The notes beneath the pieces are model-generated. The model did not search any database and was not told where the DNA came from. It worked only from the letters and a program-made list of their open reading frames with translations. From Bacillota bacterium (GTDB lineage Bacteria; Bacillota; Dehalobacteriia; UBA4068; UBA4997), in assembly GCA_021769035.1 (NCBI GenBank), contig JAETTP010000003.1:3010-67009 (forward strand): a DNA stretch of 64,000 nt, given 5' to 3'. Numbering within the stretch: the stretch's first letter is position 1; the number at the start of each line of letters is the position of its first letter. The translations under genes and the position numbers were made by a program. Positions 1 through 9,691 of the stretch are shown here, piece by piece.

Positions 1-1379
1 GGATACTGCGGAACATCTGGATTTTGCCGGCGCAACGTGGATTCATAAACATCAAGCAGCGCGTTCCAGGTGCTGCTGCCCACCACGCCGTCTGCCGTCA
101 GGCCAAACAAACGCTGAAATTGCAGTACGGAATTGTAGGTCTGCGGGCCAAAAATGCCCAGAACCTCCACCGTGGGTATATCCGTGTAAACCTCCGCAAT
201 GCCGTTTAGATAACGCTGCAAAAGCTCCACCCGCTCGCCGGTGCTGCCCTGACGCAGCACCACGCCATCATAAGGCTCAATCGGCACTCGGGAAAGCAAG
301 GCCGGCAAAATGAAGCTAATACCCCGAAACTGGTCGTAAATTAAATCCCAGGTCACCTTATCCACCCGCCCGGTCGCCGGCAAACCATTGTTGCTTTGCA
401 GCTCCTTAACCGCTTCCTCAGTAACCTCGTCAAAAACGCCGGTTATTTGCACCTGCGGGAAAGAACTATTAAACAAGGCGATAACCGACAGAAAATATTG
501 CAGCAGGTCAATACCCACGCCGGAATAGCCCAAACCAATATCAGTCGGCAAAATTTGGGTGAAGGAAGCATATTCCACCCCTTCGCTTTCCAGCTCGCTC
601 AGGCGTTTTACCACCGTGTAAATATAGCTGATTTGATACCAGGTGGCTTCATCCACAATGCCCGTGGAGGCCATACCAAAAATATTTTGGAATCTGCGCA
701 CCGCCGCCACTGTAATCAAGTTGAAATCTCCATTGGCCGGAGAAATTTTAGGAATAGCCGGATAATTGCCGGCTATTCGGTTTAACTGAAACTGAATAAT
801 CAACACATTGTTGTTGAAATCGCCATAATCCAACGGCGTGCCGGGATATGAAGGCGTGTAGCTGAGCACCGGCGTGTTTGGAACCAACTCAATATCCTCC
901 CCATAATAATATTGCAAAATCTGAAAGCTGTCATAGCCCTGTTCCGCCAGGTAAACCGTGCCCCACTGCTCCATGCCGTCGCAACGGGTTTGCCGGCCGT
1001 CGCAATAGGGCGCGGGGAAAGGCGCCACCTGACCTATTCGGCGAATGTAGGTGGTGAAAAGCTCATCCACAATGCGAGATATGGTGTCAAAAATGCTGCG
1101 CTCGTAAACAAAGGCGTGGTCAAACTGGGTGGTGTTGGTAATATCAAAATCATAGCCCTGGCTGCGATACCATTCAGTGTAAATACGATTAAGCGTAAAG
1201 GAAACTTGGGCGTAAATGTTAGCGCGCAGAGCCGCCTCCGGCCAGGTTGGATAAATCTCACTGCTGGCCACATTTTTGATATAATCCAAAAAGGATACGG
1301 TGACATTTTGCGCCGCCGCCGTGGGATAACCCAAATGTACCACAATCGTTTCCGGCACGTAAGGTGCGGTTAAAACCAT
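1..1379 (-). CDS. SpoIID-like / peptidoglycan-binding (PG_binding_1 repeat) cell-wall protein; C-terminus cut by window edge
   Basis: This ORF is absent from the ORF track because it runs off the left edge. I checked the frame by hand: there is no in-frame stop from the ATG at 1379 (SD AGGGGAG upstream) down to position 3. The translation starts MVLTAPYVPETIVVHLGYP...NVASSEIYPTWPEAALRANIYAQVSFTLNRIYTEWYRSQGYDFDIT, a SpoIID/LytB-like motif. Repeated G.VD..TW segments typical of PG-binding domains follow. Confidence 0.7.
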   Translation of the reverse strand, partial: MVLTAPYVPETIVVHLGYPTAAAQNVTVSFLDYIKNVASSEIYPTWPEAALRANIYAQVSFTLNRIYTEWYRSQGYDFDITNTTQFDHAFVYERSIFDTISRIVDELFTTYIRRIGQVAPFPAPYCDGRQTRCDGMEQWGTVYLAEQGYDSFQILQYYYGEDIELVPNTPVLSYTPSYPGTPLDYGDFNNNVLIIQFQLNRIAGNYPAIPKISPANGDFNLITVAAVRRFQNIFGMASTGIVDEATWYQISYIYTVVKRLSELESEGVEYASFTQILPTDIGLGYSGVGIDLLQYFLSVIALFNSSFPQVQITGVFDEVTEEAVKELQSNNGLPATGRVDKVTWDLIYDQFRGISFILPALLSRVPIEPYDGVVLRQGSTGERVELLQRYLNGIAEVYTDIPTVEVLGIFGPQTYNSVLQFQRLFGLTADGVVGSSTWNALLDVYESTLRRQNPDVPQY

Positions 1380-1392
1380 TTTATCTCCCCTT

Positions 1393-1803
1393 TCAACCTA
1401 TATACGACGGCACTTGCAGATCAACAGCCAAATCGCTGCGGATTCCCGGAAAAATCTGCACCGGCATGCGATCGCGGGTGATGAAATTGGCCGCCATAAT
1501 CCGTACATAGTAAATATTGTAAGCGTTATCGCCCAGCGAGCCGGCCGGCCCAGGCTCATTGGGACGCAATGAATTTGCTTTCAAAGGCGCCGGCAAGGAA
1601 ATCATCTCCGCTTCCCCGCTGCAATCGGTTTGCAGCACCGCCAACAAATCCTGCTGCCGCTCCTCCAAACTTCTATATACCATAATTTGAGCATTACAAA
1701 CCGGCAGCGCCCGGCCAGCCGTGAAAACGTTCACCTTTAAATAACCAAACGAATTAACCGGCGCGGTGTTAATCTGCTGCTCATTTTCATCATAAACAAC
1801 CAT
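1393..1803 (-). CDS. hypothetical small protein, possibly a carboxypeptidase-regulatory-like beta-sandwich; co-transcribed with the downstream SpoIID-like gene
   Basis: ORF track 1393..1872. I moved the start to ATG 1803 (MVVYDENEQQ), which is preceded by GGGAGGTAA. A 13-nt gap separates it from the next gene. No family assignment can be made by eye. Confidence 0.5.
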   Translation of the reverse strand: MVVYDENEQQINTAPVNSFGYLKVNVFTAGRALPVCNAQIMVYRSLEERQQDLLAVLQTDCSGEAEMISLPAPLKANSLRPNEPGPAGSLGDNAYNIYYVRIMAANFITRDRMPVQIFPGIRSDLAVDLQVPSYIG

Positions 1804-1874
1804 TGCCAAATTACCTCCCTGCAAAATTTGTGGTATATTTATATGCAGGAGGTTCGCCAAAAAATGCCTCAAAA

Positions 1875-1915
1875 TGCAACACAGCTGCCCGCAGGTTTCC
1901 CCACGGGCAGCTGTC
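1875..1915 (-). terminator. rho-independent terminator downstream of ilvE
   Basis: A 10-bp GC-rich stem, CAGCTGCCCG (1882-1891) / CGGGCAGCTG (1904-1913), is followed on the minus strand by TGTTGCATTTTGAGGCATTTTTT. Confidence 0.8.
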
Positions 1916-1932
1916 TGCTAAAGAATTAGATT

Positions 1933-3000
1933 TTATTCCACCGGATAAATCCAGCCATATTTGTCCTCTTCCTTGCCCCACTGAATACCGGTCAGGTAAT
2001 CATAGAGCTTTTGCGTCAGCGGGCCGGTTTTGAAATCATTGATGGTAACCACCTTGTCCTTGTATTTCAGTTCGCCCACCGGGGAGATTACCGCCGCCGT
2101 GCCAGTGCCAAAAACCTCCTCCAGCTTGCCGGCGTCGGCCGCCGCCATTATCTCATCAATGGAAAGATGACGCTCGGTTGCCTTAATGCCCCAATCGCGC
2201 AAAACGTGCAAAATGGAATCGCGGGTGATACCAGGCAATACAGAGCCCTCACAGGGAGCGGTGATAACCTCGCCGTCAATCTTGAACATGATGTTCATGG
2301 TGCCAACCTCTTCCACATATTTCCGGTGTACGCCGTCCAACCACAGCACCTGCGAGTAGCCGGCCGCGGCTGCTCGCTGCTGCGCCAAAATGGAGGCTGC
2401 ATAGTTGCCGCCGCACTTGGTGAAGCCCGTGCCGCCGATAACCGCCCGCACCAGCTCGTCCTCAACCATAATCTTCACCGGGTTCACGCCCTCCGCATAA
2501 TAGTTGCCGGAGGGAGAAAGCACAATCACAAATTTGTAGGTGCGGGCCGGGTGCACGCCCACGCCCAGCTCCGTAGCAAAGCAGAACGGGCGAATGTAAA
2601 GCGAGGTTTCCGGCAGATGCGGCACCCAATCCTGCTCGTGCTTCACAAACTCCTTAACATAGTAAACATAATCATCTTCCGGAATTGGCGGAATACACAA
2701 ACGCGCGTTGGAATTGTTATGCCGTTTGGCATTCATATAAGGACGGAAAAGCACAATTTTGCCATCTGCATGGCGATAAGCCTTCATGCCCTCAAAGGTT
2801 TCCTGCGCATAATGGAAAACCATCATAGTGGGCTCCATCGGAATGGGGCCGTAAGGAATGATGGAGGGGTCATGCCAACCAACGCCCTCGGTATAATCCA
2901 TCACAAACATGTGGTCTGTAAAATAGTTGCCAAAGCCCAGCTTATTTTCGTCCGGCTTCGGCTGTGGGTTGGGATTGGGGATTACTTTAATTTCCTGCAT
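1933..3000 (-). CDS. ilvE: branched-chain amino acid aminotransferase
   Basis: ORF 1933..3018. The protein has the typical class IV aminotransferase length and motifs (FEGMKAY, GGTGFTKCGGNYAAS). The start is set at ATG 3000 (MQEIKV), with AGGAG 8 nt upstream. Confidence 0.9.
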   Translation of the reverse strand: MQEIKVIPNPNPQPKPDENKLGFGNYFTDHMFVMDYTEGVGWHDPSIIPYGPIPMEPTMMVFHYAQETFEGMKAYRHADGKIVLFRPYMNAKRHNNSNARLCIPPIPEDDYVYYVKEFVKHEQDWVPHLPETSLYIRPFCFATELGVGVHPARTYKFVIVLSPSGNYYAEGVNPVKIMVEDELVRAVIGGTGFTKCGGNYAASILAQQRAAAAGYSQVLWLDGVHRKYVEEVGTMNIMFKIDGEVITAPCEGSVLPGITRDSILHVLRDWGIKATERHLSIDEIMAAADAGKLEEVFGTGTAAVISPVGELKYKDKVVTINDFKTGPLTQKLYDYLTGIQWGKEEDKYGWIYPVE

Positions 3001-3032
3001 AAACAACACTCCTATCAATTTTAATAAAATAT

Positions 3033-3611
3033 TTAGTCCTGCTCCGGCTGCTGTTTCAGTGCCGAAAACAGGCTGATTTCCTCAGTTTCATCAATATCGG
3101 CCAACGGCGGCAGCTCCTGCAAGGATACCAAACCAAAGGCGGCCAAAAACTCCCGCGTGGTGCCGTATAAAATCGGCCGGCCCGGCGCGTCCAAACGACC
3201 AACCTCCTTGACCAGCATTTTTTCCATCAACTTAGCTAGCATCGTATCAGACTTCACCTGGCGAATATTGTCAATCTCCGCCCGCGTCACCGGCTGACGA
3301 TAAGCCACAATGGCCAGGGTTTCCAGCGCCGCCTTAGATAGCTGCTGAGCCCGCGGTTTATACAGGCGCTCAATATAAGGAGCCGCCTCCGGCTGAGTTA
3401 AAAACTGCCAGCCGCCGGCAATCTCCACCAGCTGAAAGCCCCGCCCAACGTAAGCCGCCTGCAATTCCAGCAGCAATTCCTGGGTCAGCCTGGGCTCCAG
3501 GCCCAGCGCCTCCGCCAGCCTTTTCACCGGGGTTGGCTCCCAGGCCACAAACAGCAGAGCCTCCAGCAAACGCCGCCAATGCTCCCGTTGCGCCTCCAAG
3601 CTTTCTGCCAC
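3033..3611 (-). CDS. scpB: segregation and condensation protein B
   Basis: 192 aa, LEALLFV...P..RLAE motif, immediately downstream of scpA (adjacent stop and start). Confidence 0.9.
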   Translation of the reverse strand: MAESLEAQREHWRRLLEALLFVAWEPTPVKRLAEALGLEPRLTQELLLELQAAYVGRGFQLVEIAGGWQFLTQPEAAPYIERLYKPRAQQLSKAALETLAIVAYRQPVTRAEIDNIRQVKSDTMLAKLMEKMLVKEVGRLDAPGRPILYGTTREFLAAFGLVSLQELPPLADIDETEEISLFSALKQQPEQD

Positions 3612-4376
3612 TTATTCGCCCTCCTGTTCCGTCAGCCTGTCCAAATCAACCGGCAAAATATAGATAGCCGCGTCAGGCGTAGCTTGACGCACCTTAACCA
3701 CTGAAATTTTTGTCAACTCCAGCAAAGCCAAAAAAGCCACAATCACCTGCAAACGGCTGGCCGAGGCCGCAAAAATATCCTCAAAGCGAATCCCGGCCGG
3801 GGCCTGGCGCAAACGCTGCAACAGGCGGTCGGTCATCAAAGCAATACTGACGGCCTCCCGTTTGATAGTGTGAATTTGCTCCGCATTTCTGGCCCGCTGC
3901 CAAATCGGCTGAAAAGCCGCGGCCAAATCGGCCACCGTTTTGCCGGCCAGCGGGTTGGGCTCGCCAAACAAGTCGCTGTAAAGGCTGATGTCGTTGGGGC
4001 GGGCCATTTGCAGCTGACGCTTTTGATAAAAGTCCGCCAGCACCGCAGCGGCTTCCTTAATGCGCTTATATTCCAAAAGCTCACGCACCAGTTCCTGCCG
4101 TGGGTCGTAATCTGCCGCTTCCTCCTCGGATAAAAGCTCCGGCGGCGGCTTGGGCAACAGCAAACGGGCTTTGATAGAAAGCAGCGTGGCCGCCATCACC
4201 AAAAACTCGCTGGCAATCTCCAAATCCAGCGCCTCCATTTGGGCCAGATAATCCAGATACTGCGCCGTTATCTCCGCAATCGGTATATCGTAAATGTCAA
4301 TCTCATTCTTCTGAATTAAATGCAGCAACAAATCAAAGGGGCCGTCAAAAGCCGCCAAATGAATTTCATAGGCCAT
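3612..4376 (-). CDS. scpA: segregation and condensation protein A (kleisin)
   Basis: 254 aa. The N-terminus F.GPFDLLLHLI.K.EIDIYDIPIA.IT.QYL is the ScpA signature. Confidence 0.9.
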   Translation of the reverse strand: MAYEIHLAAFDGPFDLLLHLIQKNEIDIYDIPIAEITAQYLDYLAQMEALDLEIASEFLVMAATLLSIKARLLLPKPPPELLSEEEAADYDPRQELVRELLEYKRIKEAAAVLADFYQKRQLQMARPNDISLYSDLFGEPNPLAGKTVADLAAAFQPIWQRARNAEQIHTIKREAVSIALMTDRLLQRLRQAPAGIRFEDIFAASASRLQVIVAFLALLELTKISVVKVRQATPDAAIYILPVDLDRLTEQEGE

Positions 4377-4378
4377 TT

Positions 4379-5401
4379 TTACATGCCCATTGCGTCGCGC
4401 ACCAGCGCCAAAGTTTCAGCCGCTTTGCGGCTGGCTTTTTGCTGGCCGGCCTGCAAAATCTCCTGCACCAGCTGCGGCTTGCCGGCAAAATGCTCCCGGC
4501 GCTCCCGGATCGGCTCCATATATTCATTTAGTTTGGCTGCCAAACGCTTTTTGCAGGCCACGCAGCCAATGCCGCCCTTTTCGCACTCGCACTTGATTTC
4601 CGCCTGCTCCTCCGAATTATATATCTTATGATAGGTATAGACCATGCAAACCTCCGGGTGCCCCAAATCATCCTTACGAATACGGGCGGGGTCGGTCACC
4701 ATTTGGCGCACGCGCTTTTCAATTTCCGGCTGGTCGGCGCCCAAAACAATATAGTTATCGTAGCTTTTACTCATCTTGCGGCCGTCCAAACCGGGCAGCT
4801 GCTTAATTTTGGCCAGCAAGGCTTGCGGTTCCGGGAAAACCTGCTTTTGGTAAAGATGATTAAAACGGCGCGCCAACTCGCGACAAAACTCAATATGCGG
4901 CAGCTGGTCCTCGCCCACCGGCACGCCGAAAGCCCGATAAAGCAGAATATCCGCCGCCATCAGCAAGGGATAGCCCAAAAAGCCATAGGTCATAATATCC
5001 TTGCCGCCCTTGGCAAATTGATTGACCTGATCTTTGTAGGTGGGCACCCGCTCCAGCCAGGAAAGCGGCGTTATCATCGAAAATAAAATGTGCAGATCAG
5101 CCAGCTCCCGCACATCGGACTGCACAAAAATCGCCGATTTTTCCGGATCCAACCCAGCGGCCAGCCAATCTAACGTCATATCGTAAACATTTTGGGCAAT
5201 GGAGGAGCTGTTATCAAAGGCCGTTGTCAGCGCGTGATAATCAGCAATGAAAAAGTAAGCGTCGTATTGCTCCTGCAAAGCCGCCCAGTTTTCCAAAACG
5301 CTGTAATGCCCCAAATGCAGGCGGCCGGTGGGCCGCATACCGCTCAGCACCGCTTTGTTTTCAGCAGCCTGGCTCGCCGTTGCCATATTTTCTGTAGTCA
5401 T
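4379..5401 (-). CDS. trpS: tryptophan--tRNA ligase
   Basis: 340 aa, class I HIGH-like GHY and KMSKS motifs (RKMSKS). SD GAGGTG lies 6 nt before ATG 5401. The upstream gap is only 40 nt, so there is no T-box leader. Confidence 0.9.
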   Translation of the reverse strand: MTTENMATASQAAENKAVLSGMRPTGRLHLGHYSVLENWAALQEQYDAYFFIADYHALTTAFDNSSSIAQNVYDMTLDWLAAGLDPEKSAIFVQSDVRELADLHILFSMITPLSWLERVPTYKDQVNQFAKGGKDIMTYGFLGYPLLMAADILLYRAFGVPVGEDQLPHIEFCRELARRFNHLYQKQVFPEPQALLAKIKQLPGLDGRKMSKSYDNYIVLGADQPEIEKRVRQMVTDPARIRKDDLGHPEVCMVYTYHKIYNSEEQAEIKCECEKGGIGCVACKKRLAAKLNEYMEPIRERREHFAGKPQLVQEILQAGQQKASRKAAETLALVRDAMGM

Positions 5402-5441
5402 TTAATACACCTCAATTTTATATCTATGTAAGCAAATTAAT

Positions 5442-6077
5442 TTAAGCAAAAACCAGCATATTAATGAAATAATAGCACCAATCCACCAGAGGAGTCATAA
5501 ATTTGCTAACATAGCCCGTGGTGGTGAACAACACCAGCAGCAACATATACAACTGGGTGTTACTGTAAAGAAGCTCGGCAATATTGTCTGGCACAATGGC
5601 TGCCACCACCTTGGAGCCATCCAAAGGCGGAATAGGCAAAATATTAAAGGCGGCAAAGCAAACGTTATACAACATCAACATATTAAAAAAGGCTGTGAAA
5701 TAGATGTTGGAGGGAATTAAACCGCTGTTGATGAAGTTGATGCAGTAGGCCGAAAACAAGGCCAACAACAAATTGGAAAGCGGCCCGGCCACAGCCACCA
5801 ACGCCATGCCCAGCTTGCGATTAACGCGGAAGTTGCGGGCGTCCACCTCCACCGGTTTGGCCCAGCCGAAGCGGAACAAAAACAGCATCAGCGTGCCCAC
5901 TGGATCCAGGTGACGGATTGGGTTCAGGGTCAGCCGGCCCTGCGCCCGCGGCGTATCGTCGCCCAAAATGGAAGCAACCAAACCATGACAAAACTCGTGA
6001 AAGGTTAGCGCCAACACCAAAGCCGGCACGGAAAAGGCCAGGTTTAACCAGTTAATATTGTTAAAAAAATCAAACAT
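5442..6077 (-). CDS. site-2 protease family (peptidase M50) membrane protein
   Basis: HEFCHGL (HExxH) motif in a TM segment and a polytopic membrane profile. I moved the start from 6206 to ATG 6077 (MFDFFNNINW); the start remains uncertain. Confidence 0.8.
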   Translation of the reverse strand: MFDFFNNINWLNLAFSVPALVLALTFHEFCHGLVASILGDDTPRAQGRLTLNPIRHLDPVGTLMLFLFRFGWAKPVEVDARNFRVNRKLGMALVAVAGPLSNLLLALFSAYCINFINSGLIPSNIYFTAFFNMLMLYNVCFAAFNILPIPPLDGSKVVAAIVPDNIAELLYSNTQLYMLLLVLFTTTGYVSKFMTPLVDWCYYFINMLVFA

Positions 6078-6337
6078 AAATTCAACCCCATTATTTTTTT
6101 CGTTTAATCTAATATTAATTCTCTTTGCAGCACGTTTTTCCTTTATTTTCAAATAAATTTTTCCTAAAAAAACTCCTCTGCACGCAATTAAGACGGCATT
6201 TTCCAAGTAATATTCCTTGCAAGCAAGAACACACCGCCGGCCTTGCAGCCAACGATGTGCTCTCTCTGGGAATTATTGGGATAGATTAAAATTGAAAGAT
6301 TCTAAATTATATAAACACCAATTTTGTAGTGAAAAAA

Positions 6338-7081
6338 TCACAAGTAGTCACGCAGCAGGCGCAAGGCCTGTTTTTCCAGCCGAGAAACCTGCACCTGAGA
6401 AACTCCCAGACTTTGGGCAATCTGCTGCTGGGTTTGCTCTTTAAAGTAACGCGCCTCCATAATATAACACAAACGATCCGGCAAGCGGGCAAAGGCCTGC
6501 TGCAAGGCCAAGCTTTGTACCCAGTTTTCCTCGCCCTCCGCCGCCGGCACCAACTCCTGCAAAGTGGCCTCGCCGCCGTCCTGATTGTCCAAAGGCGTTT
6601 GCAGGGAAAGCGGGCGCTGGTTGGCCTCCAAGGCCAACACAATCTGCTCCTGCGGCAAGTCCAGCAGGACGGACAGCTCCGAAATAGTAGGCTCGCGGCC
6701 CTGCTCCTCCAGAAACCGCTGGGCAGCCTGCATAATTTTTGCCATCCGCTCCTTGTAGGAACGGCTGACGTGCAACAAACCATCGTCGCGGATAGCCCGG
6801 CGCAGCTCGCCTAAAATCATCGGCACGGCATAGGTGGAAAAGCGGTTTTTATAGGCCGGCTGAAAATGGTCGATAGCTTTAAGCAGGCCAATGGTGCCAA
6901 TCTGGCAGAGGTCCTCCCAATCACAGCCACGGCCGACAAAACGGCGGGCTAGCCAAAAAACCAACTGCATATTAGCCTCCACCAGGCGCTCGCGGGCCTC
7001 CGCCCGCTCCTCGGCGCTGCCAGACTGCACCTGCCGCCAAATCTCCGGCTCCTCATTTAGGGCAATGTTCTCCTTAGCCAT
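6338..7081 (-). CDS. sigF: sporulation sigma factor SigF
   Basis: 247 aa sigma-70 family protein with regions 2-4. It is the third gene after the anti-anti-sigma and anti-sigma kinase genes, which is the canonical spoIIA operon order. Confidence 0.9.
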   Translation of the reverse strand: MAKENIALNEEPEIWRQVQSGSAEERAEARERLVEANMQLVFWLARRFVGRGCDWEDLCQIGTIGLLKAIDHFQPAYKNRFSTYAVPMILGELRRAIRDDGLLHVSRSYKERMAKIMQAAQRFLEEQGREPTISELSVLLDLPQEQIVLALEANQRPLSLQTPLDNQDGGEATLQELVPAAEGEENWVQSLALQQAFARLPDRLCYIMEARYFKEQTQQQIAQSLGVSQVQVSRLEKQALRLLRDYL

Positions 7082-7090
7082 GGGCAGCCA

Positions 7091-7591
7091 CTATTGATGA
7101 ATTCTCTTCAACATTGTCACAGTGGTGCCGCGGCCCAGCTGCGAATCAACCTGAACGTCATCCATAAAGGAGCTCATAAAAGCAAAGCCCAGGCCCAGGT
7201 GCTCCTCGCCGGTGGTAAACTCCGGCTCCATTGCCTGCTGCACGTCGGCAATGCCCACGCCATCATCGCAAACCTTAACCTGCAAGGCATACTGATATAA
7301 AGCCAGCTCCATATGTACCTTGCGATCTGCCTGCCCTTGATAGCCATGAATAATCGAATTGGACACCGCCTCCGACACCGCAACCTTAATTTCCTCCAGC
7401 GCGGACAGGGTGATGTCCCATTCCGCTTGCTGACAGTTGGCAATCAACGCCGCCACCAAGGAGCGGGCCAAAGCCACATTCTCACTGCGCGCAGCAAAAG
7501 TCAGATCCAGCTCATTCAACAGTTTGCCATACTCCAATTCCGGCGTTTCAGATACCAAAATGCAACATCCCACTGCCTTATCAGTCATCAC
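7091..7591 (-). CDS. spoIIAB: anti-sigma F factor (serine kinase) SpoIIAB
   Basis: 166 aa with HATPase_c-like motifs (E.VSN.I.HGY, DDG.G, GLGF). Confidence 0.9.
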   Translation of the reverse strand: MMTDKAVGCCILVSETPELEYGKLLNELDLTFAARSENVALARSLVAALIANCQQAEWDITLSALEEIKVAVSEAVSNSIIHGYQGQADRKVHMELALYQYALQVKVCDDGVGIADVQQAMEPEFTTGEEHLGLGFAFMSSFMDDVQVDSQLGRGTTVTMLKRIHQ

Positions 7592-7947
7592 ATCCGCCCT
7601 CCTGCCTGCCGCCCAGTTTCCAGGTTATCCAGCCCGGCAGGCGGCTCAATTTCCATCAGGCCAGCAAAGCCGGACAAATGCAAAATTTTATAAACCTGCG
7701 GGCAGGCGCCCACAATCCGCACCCGGCCGCCGCGGCTAGCCACTCTTTTGTAGCGGCCTAAAACCACGCCCAGGCCGGAGCTGTCGATAAAGCGCACACC
7801 GGTGAAATCAAAGGTTAAATTACGGGCCAGGGTGCTGTTCAGCTGCTGTTCCAGCGCCTCGCGCCAAAGGCTGGCAATCTGCATGTCCACCTCGCCGCTG
7901 ATTGAAGCCCAAACCGTGTTCTCCTTAATCTGAAAGCCAAAGCTCAT
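7588..7947 (-). CDS. spoIIAA: anti-sigma F factor antagonist SpoIIAA (STAS domain)
   Basis: 119 aa with the conserved phosphorylatable-serine motif FIDSSGLGV. It overlaps spoIIAB by 4 nt. SD GAGGAGG lies before ATG 7947. Confidence 0.9.
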   Translation of the reverse strand: MSFGFQIKENTVWASISGEVDMQIASLWREALEQQLNSTLARNLTFDFTGVRFIDSSGLGVVLGRYKRVASRGGRVRIVGACPQVYKILHLSGFAGLMEIEPPAGLDNLETGRQAGGRM

Positions 7948-7983
7948 AACACAGCCTCCTCTGTTGATTAAGCTGCTATTAGG

Positions 7984-8009
7984 TTTCGCCCGCCCGGCCC
8001 CCTTTTCCT
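7984..8009 (-). promoter_or_regulatory. candidate sigma-H-type promoter of the spoIIA operon
   Basis: The minus strand reads AGGAAAA-N12-GGCGAAA, resembling RnAGGAwWW-N11-12-RnnGAAT. It sits about 40 nt upstream of the spoIIAA ATG. This is a motif match only. Confidence 0.35.
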
Positions 8010-8088
8010 GCGAAGAATTTTGACTAAGAATAAGTATTAATGGCTGATTTTAGGCTTATTTGGCTAATTTAGTCGGTTGTATATTGTT

Positions 8089-9471
8089 TCAGCAGCACAA
8101 ACCGCCCGGCCGCCGCTTGGCCCACTCGTAATAGCCCAAAAGGCAAGCCGCATTTAACAGCCAGGTTGCCGGGTATATCCAGGCCACCTTTTCCGGCACT
8201 GGCGCCACCGCCATAACCATAAGCAGCAACACCACCCGCATTACACACATATTAAACAGGGTCAGCGCCATTGGCTGCACCGCGTGGCCGGCCCCGCGCA
8301 GAGCGCCGGAAAGCAGCTCCACAAAAACGTAGATGAAATATAACGGGAAAGTTACCAAACCAATGCCGCGACCAATTTCCTGCACCGCCACATCCTTGTT
8401 AAAAATGCCAAAGAACAAATCGGAGCTGAGCACCAACATCAAGCCAATCAGCAAAGTTATGCCAACGCCTATTTGCAAGCCCTTGCGCACGCCCTGAAAC
8501 GCACGGCTCTCCTGCCCGGCCCCCAAATTTTGCCCCACATAGGTGGTTAGGGCCTGGCCCAAAGCCAAAATCGGCAGATAAATAAAATTTTCCACCTTAA
8601 AATAGGCCGTGAAAGCGGCAATATCCAACACGTCCATGCTATTAATCTGGGCCTGCACAATCAGATTGGAAAGCGTCGTTACCATTGCCTGAATGCCGGC
8701 CGGGATACCAATAGCAAAAATCTGCCAGCAAATCCGCGTTTGCAGGCGGATATGCCGAAATTGCAGGTGATAGGGCTCCTGCAGGCGACACAAATGCCAA
8801 ACCGTCAGGGCCGCCGCCGCGCTTTGCCCCACCAGCGTGCCGATAGCCACGCCGGCAATGCCCAGCGGCACCACCATCGTCAGCAGCGCGTTCAAAGCTA
8901 CGTTAATCAAACCGCCCACCAGCTGATAAAGCATTGGGGCCCGTGAATTACCCAAGGCCCGCAGCAAGCCAGCGCTGATATTATAGAAGATAATCGCCAT
9001 AATATCAAAAAAGTAAATACGCAAATAAACCAAAGCTGGCTCCATCACCTGCTCCGGCGTGTTCATCCAGCGCAGGAACCAGGGCGAACCCAACAGGCCA
9101 ATCAGCGTCAGCAGCACGCCGCCAATCAGGGCCAAACCGGCGGCGGCATGAATGGTTTTGTTAAGCATAGCCCGGTTGCGCGCACCAAATGCCCTGGCCG
9201 CAATTATGCTAACCCCAACGCCCAAGCCATTAAAAAAGCCGACCAGACAGGTAACCAAAAGGCTGCTGCTGCCCACCGCCACCGAGGCCTCGTTGTCTAA
9301 CAACTGGCCGACAAAGATTAAATCCACCGTGTTGTAAAGCTGCTGAATCAGGCTGCTGCCAAACAGTGGCAAAGCAAACAAAAACAACCCCCAGCTAATC
9401 GAACCCTCCAGCAAAATATTATGTTTATCCCGGTTTGTAGACTTCAAAGCGCGCCTCCTATTATCGTGCAT
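8089..9471 (-). CDS. MATE family efflux transporter
   Basis: 460 aa, about 12 TM segments, MATE-typical N-terminus (LLEGSI...LPLFGSSLIQQLYNTVDLIFVG). There is no clear SD, so the start is uncertain. Confidence 0.85.
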   Translation of the reverse strand: MHDNRRRALKSTNRDKHNILLEGSISWGLFLFALPLFGSSLIQQLYNTVDLIFVGQLLDNEASVAVGSSSLLVTCLVGFFNGLGVGVSIIAARAFGARNRAMLNKTIHAAAGLALIGGVLLTLIGLLGSPWFLRWMNTPEQVMEPALVYLRIYFFDIMAIIFYNISAGLLRALGNSRAPMLYQLVGGLINVALNALLTMVVPLGIAGVAIGTLVGQSAAAALTVWHLCRLQEPYHLQFRHIRLQTRICWQIFAIGIPAGIQAMVTTLSNLIVQAQINSMDVLDIAAFTAYFKVENFIYLPILALGQALTTYVGQNLGAGQESRAFQGVRKGLQIGVGITLLIGLMLVLSSDLFFGIFNKDVAVQEIGRGIGLVTFPLYFIYVFVELLSGALRGAGHAVQPMALTLFNMCVMRVVLLLMVMAVAPVPEKVAWIYPATWLLNAACLLGYYEWAKRRPGGLCC

Positions 9472-9645
9472 AACGCTGCTAAAAAAATTCGCTAATATTC
9501 TTATTTTTTTATAAAATAGGCTATTTTTTCCAATATTTCCTACAGTTTAATTATTATAATACTTTCATCTGAATTTAGCAAGTTTTTTTTAGATAATTTT
9601 GCCAGATTTAAGCAAATTTCTGCTAAAAACGTTTGTTTACGCAAA

Positions 9646-9677
9646 CAATCCCCCCAGCCAACCGGCCAGGGGGATTG
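9646..9677 (-). terminator. terminator hairpin downstream of hpf
   Basis: CAATCCCCC (9646-9654) pairs with GGGGGATTG (9669-9677). On the minus strand the stem is followed by TTTGCG. Confidence 0.6.
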
Positions 9678-9691
9678 CTAAATTCAACTTT

